From positions 177,400-241,399 of IMG/VR virus record IMGVR_UViG_3300043411_000921: a DNA stretch of 64,000 nt. One strand, 5' to 3'. The position numbers and the translations under genes were made by a program. Position 1 is the stretch's first letter, and each line of letters starts with the position of its first letter. The notes under the pieces are model-generated. The model had not been told where the DNA came from. It saw only the letters and a list, made by a program, of their open reading frames with translations, and did not search any database. This document shows, piece by piece, positions 46,901 through 56,079 of this stretch.

Positions 46901-47129
46901 ACTGATAAACCTCTCAAGCCTGCCAAGGCCCGATCTGTTTATCATCGACGAATCGTTTGGTTCTCTGGACTCTGAAAACTGTGCAAGGGTCATCGAACTG
47001 CTCCAGTCAATCAAAAGCAGATTCAAAACTGTTCTCATTATCACTCACGTTGACGAAATCAAGGAAGCAGCAACCACGATTTTGACAATCAACAACAACG
47101 GAGCAACAAGTTCTATTTCCTTCCCGTGA
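43905..47129 (+). CDS. fused SbcD-SbcC (Mre11-Rad50; gp47-gp46) nuclease/ATPase
   Basis: SDIH, GGDIFH, GNHD, GDIH, YPGS; Walker A PNRTGKSS; coiled coil; ASGME, IIDE.FGSLD, ITH. Confidence 0.93.
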   Translation: MPKIAFLSDIHWRGVTRHEEYRQVFSRVFETLKTEIKPDYIMIGGDIFHTKTQSITPEVIDCITWMFRSLAEVAPVYSILGNHDGNLTNENRQDTISPIISAMNNPRVTLFKKSGNHIIPGTNINLCVFSPFDEAGWNIVSPDEDLINVVMFHGAVKGCKTDSDWVMASGEVELSMFQPYDFALLGDIHKNQFLDYRSHSGPTRDMKPWIGYPGSLIQQNYGEDRTKGFQVWDIRSKTDWDVSFHPVSNDYQFITVPWTGDVESTLGEALILVDDNLKNKRVRVSGGSSTIFPLQKKQLADLFKEKHGAAEIFFSPDPKKEAEQDEKRIQSKTTSLRNDPEELCRLYDTFTEADTKSSSLREDQKQAAKKFIRSTLTKVRNQEELEEGASRDIVWSIKGLEWENLYRYGEDDNQINFSRLNGITGIFSPNRTGKSSIVGALMFALYNTTDRGPVKSAYLINKNKSSGSAKVVFNVAGVDYELERTVTKSIKRGGVVDEEKAATKLSLNRIDREGNKTELVSENADSRTDTDKVVRKLIGTSQDFLMTAFASQGGMNRFIEEGSTQRKAILNRFLDLDIFEKLHKIANEELQACNTKASSFSGSPKDIEALEEKIHQLNVEVEHAQSKLDDSKPRRDSVRLWLKAHGYEKRLELKTKIKQLNSLIPSLERSLELGRVEYQRLLSSQDRVAAEMTSLENSLSLVEAETVLAEKLKTLRHETSVLTQFLGELTAAQKELVRKEGNIKKLSVVPCGTSFPSCHYIKDAHEDQATIQKQKLLVDEESQAYETQKALVESLKKENAEKLLEEIKQKKGRLQQIEMEQVRVEAAISKTNSEISAQEIKLTSLKEELKQVQSVLNNQEDLDEKIAEEQELEQECKVCEDKLKTLWLQLGAATNKLEHAKQDATKIAEILEEQLVYDSIVRAFSKTGIPAFVLKNKLPAINVQLDGILGGVVPFRLQLETEIGSNALDVFIEDKDSRRVIELASGMEKMIASLALRVALINLSSLPRPDLFIIDESFGSLDSENCARVIELLQSIKSRFKTVLIITHVDEIKEAATTILTINNNGATSSISFP
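46824..46928 (+). repeat. family A element, copy 10 (weak; inside SbcC part)
   Basis: CAGGAGGGTTAT at 46835; GCACTGATAAACC-TCTC at 46912 (offset 77). Confidence 0.4.
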
Positions 47130-47138
47130 AGAAACTCC

Positions 47139-47167
47139 TTGACCGAGAATATCTGCCCTGGTAGGGT
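47139..47167 (+). promoter_or_regulatory. sigma70-type promoter
   Basis: TTGACC-N17-TAGGGT with TG extension. Confidence 0.65.
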
Positions 47168-47216
47168 TCAAGGTGTCTCGGTCACTTCAACTCCTACAAA
47201 AAGGAACAGAAACAAA

Positions 47217-47486
47217 ATGGCAGTGAATGGTAAGCAGAATCTCGTGGAGCAGGTATATCGTTTTGTCGTCCGTGCATCCCAATCTCACTGGGACTCGAAC
47301 GATCACTTCAACGATCTTGAGGCAGTCAATCTTCTCAAGACCTTTGCTGATCAGTTGACGGCAAGGGAATACCAATCCCTTATGCTCGGATGGTCTCAGA
47401 TCCGAAATGATGAGGGCGATGCAACCATGAGAGATGCTCTCGACGCTATCACAGAGCGTCTGCAAAACGGCTACGCCACCAACTGA
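47217..47486 (+). CDS. hypothetical protein (start MAVNGKQ)
   Basis: AAGGA RBS after the promoter. Confidence 0.65.
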   Translation: MAVNGKQNLVEQVYRFVVRASQSHWDSNDHFNDLEAVNLLKTFADQLTAREYQSLMLGWSQIRNDEGDATMRDALDAITERLQNGYATN

Positions 47487-47595
47487 TATTCCCGTCCCCA
47501 CTAAACCCTAACCCAAAACATATAAAAGGACAAGAATCCTCTTCTTGATCCTGTTTTGGCATTTCCGATAACATCAACAGAAAGAAGAAAAGAAA

Positions 47596-48075
47596 ATGCT
47601 TGAATTGGTTCTGGCCTTGATTACCCTGTTTCCTCATTCCCCATCCAGGGATTGTTTGATTGCACGTCGCTATCAAATTGCTTCTGTGTTGGAAGCATCC
47701 CAAGAGAGATTTCCTGAAATGCCACCAGAACTTGTTTTGGCGGTTGGCTTCATGGAAACACACAACGGATGTGATCGAAATGAGGGAGGAAATTGGGGTG
47801 CTCCCATTTCCAATCAACAACGTCACACAGCAGGAAGACCGATCCAGGCTGCTGCGTCTCTGTGGACATCTTATCAACGTTGCAATCATTCGTGGGAAGC
47901 TGCAACTCGACGATTTCGCACTGGACTTTGTTCTCCGTCTGCGGTAGGAACTCCTTATTCCAGGACTGCTACCAGACTCGCCAGTCGTATCCAAGCCGAA
48001 GTCATTCGCAATCAAGAAAACTCTTCTCTTGTTTGTCGCATTGATCCATCGCTTGAACGCTGTCATGCCTGTTAG
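47596..48075 (+). CDS. exported lytic transglycosylase (SLT)-like protein
   Basis: Hydrophobic N-terminus; PPELVLAVGFMETH resembles the SLT catalytic-Glu motif; many Cys. Confidence 0.5.
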   Translation: MLELVLALITLFPHSPSRDCLIARRYQIASVLEASQERFPEMPPELVLAVGFMETHNGCDRNEGGNWGAPISNQQRHTAGRPIQAAASLWTSYQRCNHSWEAATRRFRTGLCSPSAVGTPYSRTATRLASRIQAEVIRNQENSSLVCRIDPSLERCHAC

Positions 48076-48116
48076 TATTCCTCACTAACAACTTCTTCCC
48101 TCCAAAGGACAAAGCC

Positions 48117-49046
48117 ATGACTCTTGGTCTTTGTTGCCACTTCCTCGAACAGCACGGTTCCTCTTACCAAAACTCCATCAATGAAAAGTCGATGCAGCTT
48201 GGTAGGTTCCGTGCTGGTGCCTATTCCCAATCCCATATTCACAACCTCTATACCAATAACCTCCAAGAAATCATTCGGCTGCTCCCAAAGCTCATCTCCA
48301 ACAACATCAAGTGTTTCAGAATCTCCAGCAGCACCTTTCCGCTGTTCGAGTTCAACAAGACTTTGATTGAGAACAGCAAGGATATTAGAGACCTTCTTAA
48401 TCGAGCGGGAAGGGGTTATCTGGGCGCTGGAATTAGGATGACTACCCATCCTGGTCAGTTTACCGTTCTAAGCTCAGATAAGCCTCCTACGGTCACGGCG
48501 GCTATCACCGAGTTGGATTTCCACGGTTGGGTATTTGACGCTATGGGATTTCCTCAAACTCCCGAATATGCCATCAATGTCCACGGTGGAAAATCTGATC
48601 GTCACCAACAACTCGTTGGTGGGATTTCCCGGTTGTCTGCCGGTGCCAGGAAGCGTTTAACGCTTGAGAATGATGAGAGTTCTTACAGTGTTCGCAAATT
48701 GCTTGCTGTTTCTGAGGAGACTGATGTTCCAGTTTGCTTTGACAGTCACCATCACACCTTTAATGAAGATGGGTTGAGTATGGAGGATGCTTATGGTCTT
48801 TCTGTTTTGACGTGGAAACGTCGTGGCTGCAAACCTCTCCAGCACATCAGCAACTCAACTCCAAATCTTCCACAGACAAGCTCGTTCCAGGACAAGAGAA
48901 AACACAGTGATTTCATTCACCACATTCCCAAGTGTCAGTTGGATGGCTTGCTAAAGGAGGAGGTTGATGTGGAAGTGGAAGCCAAGATGAAAAACTTGGC
49001 TTTGTTGAAGATGCGGGAGATGCTGCTAAAACATTCCGATGTTTAG
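48117..49046 (+). CDS. uvsE: UV DNA damage endonuclease
   Basis: LGLCC, FRISS..FP, HPGQF.VL.S, INVHGG, LENDE, FDSHHH, HIS, KHSD, EAKMK. Confidence 0.93.
   Translation: MTLGLCCHFLEQHGSSYQNSINEKSMQLGRFRAGAYSQSHIHNLYTNNLQEIIRLLPKLISNNIKCFRISSSTFPLFEFNKTLIENSKDIRDLLNRAGRGYLGAGIRMTTHPGQFTVLSSDKPPTVTAAITELDFHGWVFDAMGFPQTPEYAINVHGGKSDRHQQLVGGISRLSAGARKRLTLENDESSYSVRKLLAVSEETDVPVCFDSHHHTFNEDGLSMEDAYGLSVLTWKRRGCKPLQHISNSTPNLPQTSSFQDKRKHSDFIHHIPKCQLDGLLKEEVDVEVEAKMKNLALLKMREMLLKHSDV
48397..48501 (+). repeat. family A element, copy 11 (inside uvsE)
   Basis: TTAATCGAGCG-GGAAGGGGTTAT at 48408; CTCAGATAAGCC-TCCTAC at 48485 (offset 77). Confidence 0.55.
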
Positions 49047-50231
49047 CTGTTGAGACAAGACTCCACCTCTTGTGTTCCTTACTTCAACAAGGAATTTGGA
49101 AGTGGTTGTTGTGATGTGAACACTGAGTTGCTTAGATGATTGCTTGTCATTGGTGTAGTAAGGATACAGCACCCTGACAGATACAACATCTCCAACCAAC
49201 TCAAGTGTCTTTTCTGGAGAAGAGAGATCAACAACCCTAAGATCATTTCCAGAGAGTTGCTTGACGTAATAAAACCCAAATCCAACCTGAGCAGCCAAGA
49301 AACTTGCAACAGTGTTGGAATCAAACTGTGGACTTGGATCCAGCCGTTCCATTCCAGAAGATACCTTGTTCACATAGTCAGTAAGACCTTGTGCAACCTT
49401 TTCCTTGGAAACTCCCAAAGCAAAAACAAACTCATCCGTCGCTGGAAACTGTCTTGAAGGTTTTTCTTCCACTGTTCTTGTTGAAGGATTCCAGACAAAG
49501 GCATCTGAGTATCCAGTGTTTGCAAAGGTGCTGCCTCTCAAACCTTTGACACTAAGAAACACTCTTTTGCCATTTTTCAGTTCAATGCCAAAGTCAGCCA
49601 CAGAAGATCCAATGTTGGAAATGGATTTTCTGAAAGGATTGATTCCTTTTGGCATGGCTGGAGAAACTCTGTCAACACGCACAATCTCTTCTTGAGCAAT
49701 TCCCAGTTTTGCAATCAAGGAGTCCCACAATTTTCCTGACCTAGAAATGGTTGAGGTTGATAGATCATTCTCAAAGTCGTGCCCTCTATTCCCCCCAGCA
49801 CCAAACACAACAGGAATGATTTCCCCTCTTTTCTTCGGAGAATGAATCAGGTAGGTGTTGTATTTTCCACTGGATGATTTGGGCGCTCCTGGAGGAATAA
49901 CCTCAGCATCCAACCCTTCCAGTGCTTGCTTCATTAAACCAGAGATGTTTTCTTTGTTCTCTGGGGAAGTGAGGAGGAGTCGATAAGCTCCTTTTCTTTT
50001 CTGGGGGGCAAGCCTGAAACTTCCATTGGTTTTTGAGATGATTGATTGAAGAACAGAAGACCTGGAAGAGTTTGAAAGCTGTTCTGGTGTTTCTGTGTTT
50101 GAGTCTGTTCCTGTTTCCAGAGGAGTCATTCCTTTGAGTGTCAGCATGATTTTTTCTGCATCCATCTCAACGCTACGTTCCTCCTTGAGAAACAGAATCT
50201 CAAGCAACCGCACGGAGGAATCAGTATTCAT
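49026..50231 (-). CDS. PD-(D/E)xK-fold nuclease-like protein, possibly virion cargo
   Basis: G..FE ... VADFGIEL...FLSVK; leader LLEILFLKEE. Confidence 0.45.
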   Translation of the reverse strand: MNTDSSVRLLEILFLKEERSVEMDAEKIMLTLKGMTPLETGTDSNTETPEQLSNSSRSSVLQSIISKTNGSFRLAPQKRKGAYRLLLTSPENKENISGLMKQALEGLDAEVIPPGAPKSSSGKYNTYLIHSPKKRGEIIPVVFGAGGNRGHDFENDLSTSTISRSGKLWDSLIAKLGIAQEEIVRVDRVSPAMPKGINPFRKSISNIGSSVADFGIELKNGKRVFLSVKGLRGSTFANTGYSDAFVWNPSTRTVEEKPSRQFPATDEFVFALGVSKEKVAQGLTDYVNKVSSGMERLDPSPQFDSNTVASFLAAQVGFGFYYVKQLSGNDLRVVDLSSPEKTLELVGDVVSVRVLYPYYTNDKQSSKQLSVHITTTTSKFLVEVRNTRGGVLSQQLNIGMF

Positions 50232-50260
50232 TGGTTTCCACCTGGAACATATCATTAGGT

Positions 50261-50533
50261 ATGAAAACCGATAAACACATAGATGTGCTGGAAAATGGCA
50301 AAGTTGTTGTCATCAAACCAGCAGACCTTGACAAAATCATCGTTCCCTTCTTCTGCCCCTCATGTGAATACCCAATGAAAACCGCCGAAGACGCTTCATC
50401 TTTCAGAAGGAGCAGCAAGTGTGAGATGTGTGAGTTGTGTCAGCCGCCAAGTGAAAACAAGACAGATCCGAGATGGATTTCTTACATGGAGAGAAGGCAC
50501 AGAGCTTTCCTGCCTACCTTGACGATGAAATGA
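50261..50533 (+). CDS. small Zn-finger protein
   Basis: CPSC ... CEMC. Confidence 0.65.
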   Translation: MKTDKHIDVLENGKVVVIKPADLDKIIVPFFCPSCEYPMKTAEDASSFRRSSKCEMCELCQPPSENKTDPRWISYMERRHRAFLPTLTMK

Positions 50534-50555
50534 TCCATAGTTACCCAGCAAAACT

Positions 50556-51017
50556 ATGCCGATTCAACAAAAAGCACGTTATAGAATCTTGGCTGGGTTG
50601 CTGGATACTTCCTTCGGCAGAGCCTCAGAAAAACACCCTCAGTCCAACCATTTTCTCAAAATGACAATGCCACTCGAAAACACCATCGAGTGCAAAGCAC
50701 AAATCATTGTGAACATGGGTGACTCAACCAACATGTACGTCGCTCTCAGAAAGAAATTCCGAGAAGAACTCCTTGACCTCATCAAGAAGAGATTGGAGAA
50801 GGTCTCAGAAGAATATGCAGAGGCAGTGAAGCAATCCAACAACAAAGACTTGCTGTCCTACCGCAAGCAGCCTCATGAAAAACCTGCTGAGAAATCTGTG
50901 ACCCTAAAAGTGGATAACAACACCATCCAAGAGTGGCTTGAGCATGTTTCTATGAGTGCTTACCGAACCAACAAAACCTGCATCTATCACCTCAACTGCC
51001 TCGTAACCATCTCCTAA
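50556..51017 (+). CDS. hypothetical protein
   Basis: TAGTTA at 50538; upstream of terminase. Confidence 0.7.
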   Translation: MPIQQKARYRILAGLLDTSFGRASEKHPQSNHFLKMTMPLENTIECKAQIIVNMGDSTNMYVALRKKFREELLDLIKKRLEKVSEEYAEAVKQSNNKDLLSYRKQPHEKPAEKSVTLKVDNNTIQEWLEHVSMSAYRTNKTCIYHLNCLVTIS

Positions 51018-51039
51018 AGCCGTTTGCCTATTTACAGGC

Positions 51040-52683
51040 ATGGCTCTTACAAAAAAAGAACAAGTAGAAGAAGTTTTGAAGTGTGGGAAGGATCCCATCT
51101 ACTTCATCAAGAACTACCTTTACATCCAACATCCGACCAAAGGAAGGCTTCCCTTCCGTCTCTACCCATTCCAAGAAGAGTGTATTGAATCCTTCCTGGA
51201 CTACAAATACAACATCGTTTTGAAGTCCAGACAGCTCGGTTTATCCACAACAACAGCAGCTTATTGTCTCTGGATGGCTCTCTTCCGACAAGATGCCAAC
51301 ATCCTTCTCATGGCAACAAAACTGGAAGTTGGAAAGGGAATGATCGAGAAGATCAGAACCGCTTTCAAAATGCTTCCAGCTTGGATGTTGAACCTGCTGG
51401 AGTTGAAGGTTCCTGATGCCGAGTCCGTGAAATATATCAAGTTCACAAACGGATCAAAAATCACCGCGATTCCAACCGCAAAAGATGCTGCTCGCGGAGA
51501 AGCTGTAACCCTGCTTGTTATTGACGAAGCAGCGCACATCGAAAATCTCGAAGAATTATGGATGGGTCTTTGGTCCACCGTTTCGACTGGAGGAAGGGCG
51601 ATTGTGTTCTCAACACCTAAAGGAAGAAACTACTTCCAGCAACTTTGGGTTGGGGCAGAAGTACCAGAATTGGAACCAAACAAGGTTGGACAAATTTGTA
51701 AAGGTGTTGGCAGGAACGGATTCCACGGCATCAAACTCCCCTGGTTCGTTCACCCAGAAAGAGATGATGAATGGTTTGATGCTCAGTCGAGAGCACTGGA
51801 CGCAAGAGGTGTTGCACAAGAACTTCTGTGCAGTTTTGAAGGATCCAGCCTCACCTTCTTCTCACAAACATCAATCGACTACGTTCGCAACCTCTCTTTT
51901 CCTCCTGTTGCTTTCACTGGGCCAGAAGGAAAGGGATTGGACTTGCAAATTTGGAAGAACGCTGAGGAAGGACATCAATATGTTTTGTCAGCAGACGTGG
52001 CTAGAGGCGACGCAGAGGATTATAGCGCCTTCCATGTCTTCGACATAACCAAGTCTGAGGTTGTGGCTGAATACCTTGGTAAAATTCCTCCTGATCGGTT
52101 TGGAGAGTGGCTAATCGAGGTTGGTAAGAAATACAACATGGCTCTGATCGTTGCTGAAAAGAACACGGTTGGAATTGCCACAGCAATCAAGCTTCGTGAT
52201 TCTGGGTACCCAAACCTTTACTACGACCAGGAATTGGCCAACAAGATGTTGACCATGACTCCAGACGAGAAAAAGGATTGTCTTCCAGGGTTTACAATCA
52301 CTCCCAAGAACAGAGAAAAGATTCTGGAGAACCTGGAACAAGTCATCAGGAACAATCACTTGAGGCTTTATTCCACAAGGTTTGTTTCAGAGATGGAATC
52401 ATTTATCTGGAATGGTAAGCGTGGGCAAGCACTCAAGAAACGACACGATGACTTGATCATGGCAATGGCCATTGGCTTGCAAGTTTTCACTCCCAATGCA
52501 GAGCAACAGAATTACTTTGATGTTTTGGCAGCAAACCAAGGATTGGCGAAGGCTATGCTAGCTGGGATGTCGAGAGGCGGTGGAAGTGGAAAGCTTGGTG
52601 GGAAGAAGGTTCCAAGTTTCGTGAACAAGGAGACTGTTCAACTGGAGATGCAATTCAGAAAAGAGTTCGGTTGGCTGTATTGA
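51040..52683 (+). CDS. terminase large subunit (T4 gp17-like)
   Basis: KC.KDPIYF, LYPFQ, KSRQLGLST, ARG, LVIDEAA, STPKG, DVARG..DYSA, EKN, HDDLIMA. Confidence 0.96.
   Translation: MALTKKEQVEEVLKCGKDPIYFIKNYLYIQHPTKGRLPFRLYPFQEECIESFLDYKYNIVLKSRQLGLSTTTAAYCLWMALFRQDANILLMATKLEVGKGMIEKIRTAFKMLPAWMLNLLELKVPDAESVKYIKFTNGSKITAIPTAKDAARGEAVTLLVIDEAAHIENLEELWMGLWSTVSTGGRAIVFSTPKGRNYFQQLWVGAEVPELEPNKVGQICKGVGRNGFHGIKLPWFVHPERDDEWFDAQSRALDARGVAQELLCSFEGSSLTFFSQTSIDYVRNLSFPPVAFTGPEGKGLDLQIWKNAEEGHQYVLSADVARGDAEDYSAFHVFDITKSEVVAEYLGKIPPDRFGEWLIEVGKKYNMALIVAEKNTVGIATAIKLRDSGYPNLYYDQELANKMLTMTPDEKKDCLPGFTITPKNREKILENLEQVIRNNHLRLYSTRFVSEMESFIWNGKRGQALKKRHDDLIMAMAIGLQVFTPNAEQQNYFDVLAANQGLAKAMLAGMSRGGGSGKLGGKKVPSFVNKETVQLEMQFRKEFGWLY
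52001..52105 (+). repeat. family A element, copy 12 (inside terminase)
   Basis: GCAGAGGATTAT-AGCGCCTTCC at 52012; AAAATTCC-TCCTGATCGGTTTGG at 52089 (offset 77). Confidence 0.5.
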
Positions 52684-52695
52684 CCCGCAGCCCTA

Positions 52696-53970
52696 TCAAG
52701 GGACAGCTATCATTTTTCTAGTGGCTAGGTCAAAACCCTTTGGCAATTTTGTCTTAGCGTCGAATGTTGCTTCACGCAGCCCAATCGCATCTTCCAGGTT
52801 GCTCCCAGTAAAATCAACATCGTAAAACGCAGCACCAAAAAAATCAACATCCTGCAAATAAGCATTTCTCATGTGAACTCCTGAAAAACTTGAATGTTTC
52901 AAACTTGTGGCAAACAAGTCAACAGAGTTAAGAACACATTGAACGAAGCCACAAGCGTCCATTTTTGCTTCCCTAATCTTGGCACCCCCAAGTTGGCAGC
53001 GTGTGAACAAGCCTTTGAAAAGCTGGATTTTTGAAAGGTTTGCCTTTGCGAACCTGCAATTTATGAAGTTTATCCTTTGAAGGTTGGCGCCTGTGAAATC
53101 TGATCCTGAGAAATCCACGTCTTCAATGATCATGTTTTTTTCACTGAGGCCAATGGTTTTCAAGATTTGCTTGTTTTCCATGTTGCGGAAATCTGATCCC
53201 TGAAAGTCAAGAAGCTTTTTATCTTTCTCGAACAGAGAGGTGATGTGGCCCTTTGGAGCATCAAGAATGCTTGGTTTGTTATTCTTCTCCACGACACTTA
53301 CAATTTCGACTTGGGCTGTGTTGAAGAACACGGCTTGGTTTGGTTCGAGGTGATGGATAATTTGAAAACCATCATCAACAACCCCATCATATCCAAGCAC
53401 CTTCCAGAGAAGGTAAGACCATTTTCCGGTTGGGCCGCCACCACGATCTTTCTTCTGTTCGGGTTGAAAATCTGGATCAGCAGAATCGGCACCCGCCAAC
53501 AATCTTGTAATGTTCCAGATCATTGAACCGTGAAGATTTTGATTGTCTCTTGCCCCTCTTCTTGCATACTCAATCGCTTTTTGTGAAAATCCCCAAGCGA
53601 CAAGTTTTTCTACATCTTGCTTGAGGTTTTCCGCGGAATGAGTCGTGAAATCCAGCAATCTCGCTGTTGGTTTTGGTCTGATTACAACAGCATAAGGTCT
53701 GTTGATCGCAAACCTCATCATCTTCTTTCGATCAAGGAAGTAAGCATAGAAGCCAATAGGTGTCTTGTACTGATTCTTGAGATACAAACCCATCCTGGGA
53801 TAATCTGAGAAGTGAACAAACAAGTTCTTGTCTGTCTTGTTTTGCTGTTCAAGTGCAGCAAGTTGTTCTTGCCAAGGAGTTGGTTTCACTCCCAGTTCCC
53901 TCATGTGCCTGGAGATTTCAAGAAGAGTGAGAGACCTGATAAGAGGGGAAAGAGAATTGCTGCTGCTCAT
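52696..53970 (-). CDS. ART-like N-terminal domain fused to pentapeptide repeats
   Basis: FVHFS..PIGFYAY..GYDGVVD..EPNQAVFF; C-terminal VDFSG/SDFTG/ANLQR/ANLSK repeats. Confidence 0.7.
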   Translation of the reverse strand: MSSSNSLSPLIRSLTLLEISRHMRELGVKPTPWQEQLAALEQQNKTDKNLFVHFSDYPRMGLYLKNQYKTPIGFYAYFLDRKKMMRFAINRPYAVVIRPKPTARLLDFTTHSAENLKQDVEKLVAWGFSQKAIEYARRGARDNQNLHGSMIWNITRLLAGADSADPDFQPEQKKDRGGGPTGKWSYLLWKVLGYDGVVDDGFQIIHHLEPNQAVFFNTAQVEIVSVVEKNNKPSILDAPKGHITSLFEKDKKLLDFQGSDFRNMENKQILKTIGLSEKNMIIEDVDFSGSDFTGANLQRINFINCRFAKANLSKIQLFKGLFTRCQLGGAKIREAKMDACGFVQCVLNSVDLFATSLKHSSFSGVHMRNAYLQDVDFFGAAFYDVDFTGSNLEDAIGLREATFDAKTKLPKGFDLATRKMIAVP

Positions 53971-54038
53971 GGGAGATAAGTAAATTCATCCTTGAGAGGA
54001 AGATAAAAGTCAAGAAGACATATAAGAAGTCTTCCCTC

Positions 54039-54061
54039 TCCCTCTTCTGGTTATGTTCCAC
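54039..54061 (+). repeat. family B motif, copy 4 (intergenic)
   Basis: TCCCTCTTCTGGTTATGTTCCAC. Confidence 0.75.
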
Positions 54062-54082
54062 TCGTCCTTTGTTATCAAGGAG

Positions 54083-55714
54083 TTACGCGACACCCCCAAC
54101 TTTCCAAGAATTCAATGCCGAGATCAAATTGGGAAGTTCATCGTTCAGTTTTTTCAAAGCGCCTCTGAGATTTTCAATACTCGTTTTGAGAAGCTCGGCT
54201 TGTGCAGTTGGAGCGCCGCTGGCGCGACCCAATGGAGAATGACTTGAAACGTTTGTTCCTCTAAGAACGTTTTGCATAGCAGGGCTCACATCCTTTCCCG
54301 AAACCACTGCTTGAGTACCTCGATTGCTGGGCACTTGTCCGGGTGCTGCGGAAATGGAACTGGTCTCCACATTCTCCAAAAGATCAACGTTCGTTCCACT
54401 TTTGGGGACAACACTATTCAATGTCTGGAGAGCGGAAGCAAGGGCCTTCGTGCCATCCTGCAACGCAACAATCGCATTCTTTTTTGCGTTTCCGATAGCG
54501 TTGAGACCGTCTTTTAATTGCTTGGAATTACGCTGGGACAGGTTTCCACTTGGTCCGTAAGCAACCTCGGATGCCCCAGAAAGGACTTGCAAGTTGTCGT
54601 TGATGGTCTTGGTGGTATACCTTGGGGTTTGACTCCCTGGCCCTTCCCAGTATCTTCCACCTTCAGCAAACACAAACTTTTTTGCAGCCCAAGCAACCAA
54701 AGCAGCAAGCCCAGCCAAAATTGCTCCAATCAAGAACTGTTCATCCAACCTTCTTTGGGAAGTTGTTGCTTCTGCTACGAGTTCTCTGTTTGTTCCTGTG
54801 AGACGAGTTGTGAGTTGCTGGAGAGATCCGACTTCTGTCACAAGGATTTCACCAAAGTTGTTGATGTCCTGAATAACCTTGGCAAGTGCGGCACGGTTTT
54901 CTTCAACCTTATTTTTTCCCGCTTCATTGGGAGCAACACCTGGAACAGGAGCAACACCTGGAACAGGAGCAACACCTGGAACAGGTGGCAGCGTGGCTGT
55001 TGACACCGGCCCGCTCGTTTCACCGATAAAACGTTGCTGATACCTTTCAAAGTCACCTTCGGTCAGAATTCCGTTCTCAACCAAACTTTTCAAGCTTGAG
55101 AGAAGATTCAACACTTCGCTAACAGCCGACTGGGGTTGTGCTGATACTGGTTGAGTTCGTGCTCGTGCCAGAGTACCAGGAGAAGACGACACTTGTGCGC
55201 CAACGAGTGACTCAGTATCTTTGAGTGCCTTGGAAAGTGTTTTTGCTGAATCAACAACACCTGTGTTGCTTGAGTTAAAGAACAAAGGAAGAACCTTAGC
55301 ACATGCAGAAGCAACAATACCAGCTTGCCTTTTTTGCTCTGCTCTCCAGTTATCAGCAGCTTTTTCTACCGCTTTGAATTCTTTGGTTGGGGCAATCTTG
55401 TCAAAAATGGCCTTGGCTTCTTTTGTTCTTTGACCTTCGAAAGCATCAAGGAACCAAGCCAGGAACCAGATGGGAGTTTCTTTGTCGATGCGGGCGGAGT
55501 TTTCCCTCAACTCTACCAAGGCAGCTTGAATTTGCTGTGTCTTTTGACCTTCGTCCGTTGTTTGTTTTCCAACAGCGGACTTGAGTTTGTCACCCAGGGA
55601 GAGTTTGATCAGTTTGGCAACGTTGTTGTCTGAGAACAGAACGTTTGCCATTGCACTGAAGGCGCCTGCTGGGCCGATGACATCAGGGCCATTGAATGTG
55701 ATTTTGACTGCCAT
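54083..55714 (-). CDS. Ala-rich helical protein with one hydrophobic segment, putative ejected/internal protein
   Basis: 543 aa; ILTE and LDE sites; FLIGAILAGLAALVAWAA; TACTTA at 55727. Confidence 0.7.
   Translation of the reverse strand: MAVKITFNGPDVIGPAGAFSAMANVLFSDNNVAKLIKLSLGDKLKSAVGKQTTDEGQKTQQIQAALVELRENSARIDKETPIWFLAWFLDAFEGQRTKEAKAIFDKIAPTKEFKAVEKAADNWRAEQKRQAGIVASACAKVLPLFFNSSNTGVVDSAKTLSKALKDTESLVGAQVSSSPGTLARARTQPVSAQPQSAVSEVLNLLSSLKSLVENGILTEGDFERYQQRFIGETSGPVSTATLPPVPGVAPVPGVAPVPGVAPNEAGKNKVEENRAALAKVIQDINNFGEILVTEVGSLQQLTTRLTGTNRELVAEATTSQRRLDEQFLIGAILAGLAALVAWAAKKFVFAEGGRYWEGPGSQTPRYTTKTINDNLQVLSGASEVAYGPSGNLSQRNSKQLKDGLNAIGNAKKNAIVALQDGTKALASALQTLNSVVPKSGTNVDLLENVETSSISAAPGQVPSNRGTQAVVSGKDVSPAMQNVLRGTNVSSHSPLGRASGAPTAQAELLKTSIENLRGALKKLNDELPNLISALNSWKVGGVA
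54930..54985. repeat. 3 x 18-bp tandem repeat encoding PVPGVA
   Basis: GGAGCAACACCTGGAACA x3. Confidence 0.9.
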
Positions 55715-55725
55715 ATTGTTGCAGC

Positions 55726-56079
55726 CTAAGTATTATCCTTCACCTCCCGCATGAAACGATAAATCCCAGCTTTCTTTACATCTGTGGTTGCTGGATTCAC
55801 AATCCCGGTAAAAACCCAGCCAATCATCTGAGTCTCACAGACTAACACCTTCAAATAACTCAAGGTCTTCTTGGGAACTTCAACCAAAACAAACAGTTGT
55901 TTTGGTTTGAGGTAAACGACCATACTCCAGCGTTGATGTGGAAGACCTACAACCCTTCTTCCATGACGCGAACAAAGAAGAGGCCGTGCCGTGTCAGAGA
56001 CAAACTCATACAATCCACCAACCCGAACATCTACTTCTGGAATCTGAACCTTTTTACGAATCCGCTTGTTGTTTGACAT
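55726..56079 (-). CDS. hypothetical protein (SH3-like)
   Basis: ORF divergent from the sigma gene; start chosen at MSNNKR. Confidence 0.55.
   Translation of the reverse strand: MSNNKRIRKKVQIPEVDVRVGGLYEFVSDTARPLLCSRHGRRVVGLPHQRWSMVVYLKPKQLFVLVEVPKKTLSYLKVLVCETQMIGWVFTGIVNPATTDVKKAGIYRFMREVKDNT

Noticed and set aside
51040-52683. Intein or intron in terminase (also checked in primase and portal)
   Set aside because: Lengths and motif spacing are continuous; no intein splice-junction or LAGLIDADG motifs seen.
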